Assembly (NCBI RefSeq): GCF_038562225.1
Contig: NZ_JBCFAS010000007.1
Location: 63,277-127,276, forward strand
From: Sedimentibacter sp.
GTDB taxonomy: Bacteria > Bacillota > Clostridia > Tissierellales > Sedimentibacteraceae
Direction of reading: 5' to 3'
DNA: 64,000 nt
Under the pieces are notes generated by a model that had not been told where the DNA came from, made no database searches, and saw only the letters and a list, made by a program, of their open reading frames with translations. Positions 60,772 to 64,000 of the stretch are shown here, in pieces; within the stretch, counting starts at the first letter, position 1, and each line of letters starts with the position of its first letter. The position numbers and the translations under genes were made by a program.

Positions 60772-61662
60772 ATGCTGGAATTTATCAACTATATCTCAGA
60801 TGCTTTAATAATGTGCAGGATTGTAAGGGATGAAACGGGAAAAGTGGATTTATTTGCGGAGTTTACCAACAACAGGGTAGAGGATATAATGGGAGAAAGG
60901 CCGGAAAATCTGACGAAGTACGGAGGATCGAAGCTGTTTTCGCAGGCATCAGATTCATTGTTTGACTGGCCGCGGATATTGAGCGAAGCCGCTATGACAA
61001 ATGAGCACAAGGTTATTGAACAGTATTTTCCCTCATTTGAGAAATACCTAAGGATCAGCGTATTCGGATACAAGGATGACTGTTTTTACCTGGCCATACA
61101 GGATATTACGGAAAAAAAGGAAATAAGAAGAATTCTTCTGGAAAAGGACAGGCAGATAAGACTCCTTGAAAATGAAATCAAATCCAGAGCCAACATAGAC
61201 ATGCTCACAAAACTGTACAACTTCCAGTTTATGATTGACTGCATCAACAACAGCATGGCATCCTACAGGGAAGAGGGAGTGAATTTCTGCATGCTCATAA
61301 CAGACATTGACGATTTCAAGACCTTCAATCTCAAATATGGCATCAACACAGGAGACATCGTTCTTCAGGACTATGCGCACATACTCAGCACTGTAGCCAG
61401 GAAAATAGACGTTGTTGGAAGATACGAAAACGACAAGTTCATTGTGCTGATGAACAACGTTGACATAGACATAGCCAAGCTAATGGCTGAAAAGGTAAAG
61501 ATGGAAACAAAGAAGTACAACCTCAACATAAACAATACGCAGCTCAGCATCTGCGGCGCCTTGGTGGAATACGGCGGCGAAACTATCGAGGAACTGTTTG
61601 AAAAGGCAGAATCGCTGCTGCACAAGGCCCAGTCCATGGGCAAGGGCATAATATTGTCATGA
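60772..61662 (+). CDS. PAS-like + degenerate GGDEF domain protein
   Basis: DMLTKLYN, DIDDFK, GD; signature RYENDKF instead of RYGGDEF; I-site RKID intact. Confidence 0.85.
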   Translation: MLEFINYISDALIMCRIVRDETGKVDLFAEFTNNRVEDIMGERPENLTKYGGSKLFSQASDSLFDWPRILSEAAMTNEHKVIEQYFPSFEKYLRISVFGYKDDCFYLAIQDITEKKEIRRILLEKDRQIRLLENEIKSRANIDMLTKLYNFQFMIDCINNSMASYREEGVNFCMLITDIDDFKTFNLKYGINTGDIVLQDYAHILSTVARKIDVVGRYENDKFIVLMNNVDIDIAKLMAEKVKMETKKYNLNINNTQLSICGALVEYGGETIEELFEKAESLLHKAQSMGKGIILS

Positions 61663-61683
61663 TTAACTGAAAATTATATACAG

Positions 61684-61717
61684 AAAGGGAATGCGGCGCA
61701 TTCCCTTTTGTTATCCT
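61684..61717. repeat. 34-bp direct repeat copy 1 (contains a terminator hairpin)
   Basis: AAAGGGAATGCGGCGCATTCCCTTTTGTTATCCT; 32/34 identical to 63547-63580. Confidence 0.85.
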
Positions 61718-61877
61718 AGAGAAAAAATGAAGTCCCGAAGTTCACCTGTCATACTTTAGTATGGGCAATTGAGGTAATATTTTGACAAAAATAACAAAAT
61801 ATGGTATAATATAACAATGCTTAACCTAAATAAATAGTCATCCGCATAAAACTTATTCTAAACCACGGGGGGTTTTT

Positions 61878-63494
61878 ATGATCAAGTTCAAAGTAATATT
61901 TATTTTAACAGTAAGTTTAATGTTTTGTTTTATGCCTACATTAGCAGCAAGTGAAGTAACTCCAACACCACCTTCTTGGGTTGTGGATGGAGAGTATGTG
62001 ATTTTCAAAAATTCGGTTGCTTATGAGCCAGAGACATGGGGAAAAATATGCAATTTAAGAAAAGAAATTGAGGACAACGCAGTCAAATTTGAAGAAAATT
62101 TAATAAAATTTGTCAGCGAATATGAGAATGTGAACGATGCAGGTTTATATTATGAATTAGGTTTGATTTACCATAAGTATTATTTGAACAACCGCTTTGA
62201 AAAAGGGCATGATTGGTTTATTAAATCAGCTGATCTTTTAGAACATGGAGAAAAACAGAAGATAGTTTATATGTGGAATGCACGTACTGCATTGTTTAGC
62301 AAGATGTATATTGATTATAAAGTTCTTAATGAGGCTATGTGTAAATTCATAGATTATCCGGATTATAATGTTCGAGAAATTATTGTAAGTGATGAGATGC
62401 TCGAATATTTAGATAATTCGGAAAAATTATTTTTGGAGGAACCTTTGCTTACAATAGACAAAACTTATATCCAAGAAAAAAGTCTTCCTCCTGAAATAGT
62501 AAATGGAAAATTTATGATTCCTGTAAAGACGGTTCTAAGAATGATCGGCGGCGTGTCAGAATTGAATACTAAGACACAAGAAGTTACGCTTGTTAGAGCA
62601 GGTGATACGTTTAAATTAACAGTAGGGAGCGATATAGCATATAAAAATGGCAAAAAAATCATATTGGATGCAACTCCTTACATAAAAAGAGGAGTAGTAT
62701 TTTTATCATCTCGCTTTGTTTCCGAACAGTTTGGCCAGGTGGTTACATGGGCAGAAAAACCAATGATATTAGATATTTCCGAAAATAAAGATGCTTCTAA
62801 AAGTTCAAATCTTGAGAAATGGCTTTTACCTATGGGTTCTTATATAAATCAATACCCTAAGATCATAGCCTATTACATTCCTACAAGAGATGTAAGGTTT
62901 TTTACAGGTTATCCTGTAAGAAGAAGCTTTTACTCTCTTAAAGCAATAGACCAATTAAAGGAAGCATGGGATATCTATAACAGAGAGGATTTGTTGGAGC
63001 AAATAGAATCTCTTACGAACTACGGACATAATTCGTCATTTTTAGAATATTTCAGATTTATTGACGGTATGACAGATAAGGAGTATGAGAATCTGCTTAA
63101 AGAAGTATCTGGTATAGATGAATATATGTTCCCGCTAAATAAGGAAATAGGAGAGAAATGGGGTAAACGCGGCATTATGGCGTGGGATTTATTCAGAGTT
63201 TCTAATCTGGCGCAATGGGGTTATATGGCTGGATATCTTACATATAATGAAGCCTTGGTAGCAGCAGAGCCAGCGGCTAGAAAGCTGCAAAAAAACTTCA
63301 GTTCTTGGGAAGAAGCATACGACAATTATGTTGATGGACACGTTTGGTGGTCTCGTACAGACGTCAGAGGAATCAAGTACGAAGAGTGGGGTAGGAGACA
63401 GGAATGTAAAGAATTGATGCAAAAACATAAAGAAATGTTTGATGACAGCCTCTTTAAAAGAAAAATTATCTCCGTTGAGGGAGTAGATTTCTAA
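61878..63494 (+). CDS. AT-rich secreted protein: stalk (copper amine oxidase N-terminal) domain + C-terminal DUF1266
   Basis: Signal peptide; GKFMIPV/ATPYI stalk motifs; LKEAWDI, AWDLFR, GYMAGYL, FSSWEE. Confidence 0.75.
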   Translation: MIKFKVIFILTVSLMFCFMPTLAASEVTPTPPSWVVDGEYVIFKNSVAYEPETWGKICNLRKEIEDNAVKFEENLIKFVSEYENVNDAGLYYELGLIYHKYYLNNRFEKGHDWFIKSADLLEHGEKQKIVYMWNARTALFSKMYIDYKVLNEAMCKFIDYPDYNVREIIVSDEMLEYLDNSEKLFLEEPLLTIDKTYIQEKSLPPEIVNGKFMIPVKTVLRMIGGVSELNTKTQEVTLVRAGDTFKLTVGSDIAYKNGKKIILDATPYIKRGVVFLSSRFVSEQFGQVVTWAEKPMILDISENKDASKSSNLEKWLLPMGSYINQYPKIIAYYIPTRDVRFFTGYPVRRSFYSLKAIDQLKEAWDIYNREDLLEQIESLTNYGHNSSFLEYFRFIDGMTDKEYENLLKEVSGIDEYMFPLNKEIGEKWGKRGIMAWDLFRVSNLAQWGYMAGYLTYNEALVAAEPAARKLQKNFSSWEEAYDNYVDGHVWWSRTDVRGIKYEEWGRRQECKELMQKHKEMFDDSLFKRKIISVEGVDF

Positions 63495-63546
63495 TAGATG
63501 TTATGTATTATCAATATGAGTAAAGTTTGTGAGGTAAAGTATGACA

Positions 63547-63580
63547 AAAGGGAATGCGAGGCATTCCCTTTTGTTATCCT
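63547..63580. repeat. 34-bp direct repeat copy 2 (contains a terminator hairpin)
   Basis: AAAGGGAATGCGAGGCATTCCCTTTTGTTATCCT. Confidence 0.85.
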
Positions 63581-63824
63581 TGGAAAAGATGCGGCTTATG
63601 TCAAGTATTCCGGCACCCTGTTCCAGTGACGACGCCTTGATTTTGGTGCATGCGTTCAGCAGCTTTCTTTTGATATCGTAGTGGGTGTAGTTTGGGTTTT
63701 CATTTAACAATAGTGCCGCAGCTCCTGAAACCATGGGAGCTGACATGGAAGTTCCGCTTAGCGTGGTATATCCGGTCATGTTTTTGTTTGACAGCGACAT
63801 GATGTTCACACCTGGTGCAAAGTC
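63575..63824 (-). pseudogene. 3' fragment of a subtilisin-like S8 serine protease
   Basis: APGVNI...SGTSMSAPMVSGAAALL...QGAGILD; no catalytic Asp/His region; upstream frame is non-homologous and hits TAG at 63908-63906. Confidence 0.75.
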
Positions 63825-64000
63825 AAGTATGCCTGCACGGTGGGTTTCGTATACAGTAAGACAAAATAAAAGAATGTTAAAAATTAAAGGAACACAAATT
63901 ATCGTCTAGTTGCGGTACAAGCAATTTTTTTGCAAAATACATCTGAAAAATACTTGTTTATATAAGGAAACAACAATATTTACAAAGTTCGACAAAAATT

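Noticed and set aside
63501-63809. 102-aa ORF as an intact gene
   Set aside because: Lacks catalytic Asp/His, has no SD and reads through a terminator; treated as a fragment
1-64000. CRISPR arrays, tRNA/rRNA, prophage, transposases, defence systems
   Set aside because: No regularly spaced repeats or recognisable hallmark genes seen by eye; dedicated scans would be needed to exclude short RNAs fully

Overview
64 kb of chromosome from an anaerobic, probably spore-forming Firmicute (Clostridia/Tissierellia-like; inferred from gene content, SLH and stalk domains, and LexA, sigma-A, sigma-54 and sigma-K type sites). It contains about 50 protein-coding genes; I saw no rRNA, tRNA, CRISPR array or intact transposase/integrase. 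Housekeeping genes (rph-rdgB-phosphoesterase, lipBA, uvrBA with SOS box, topB, secD-secF, recX) alternate with accessory modules: (1) a probable cobalamin ECF importer with transcobalamin-like surface proteins; (2) DUF1836-DegV; (3) a Crp/Fnr regulator with ric; (4) AOR-MoaD-FIST-IclR; (5) a sigma-54 YfcC/cyclodeaminase/aminotransferase operon; (6) a 12 kb PucR-linked catabolic cluster of uncharacterised families (DUF917, two AroM proteins, DUF1177, OPT, racemase, twin M29-fold enzymes, PepD); (7) an AT-rich ROK/GltS/cyclodeaminase/EamA island; (8) an AT-rich DUF1266 gene between 34-bp direct repeats, beside a truncated S8 protease. Best candidates for undescribed biology: a membrane-anchored uORF ending KKDGKK whose 3' end can pair with the secD start codon (candidate secretion-monitoring arrest peptide), the DUF917/AroM/DUF1177 pathway, the bacterial transcobalamin-like capture system, and an intergenic sRNA candidate with an anti-SD loop. 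All family calls come from motif recognition by eye, not database searches.
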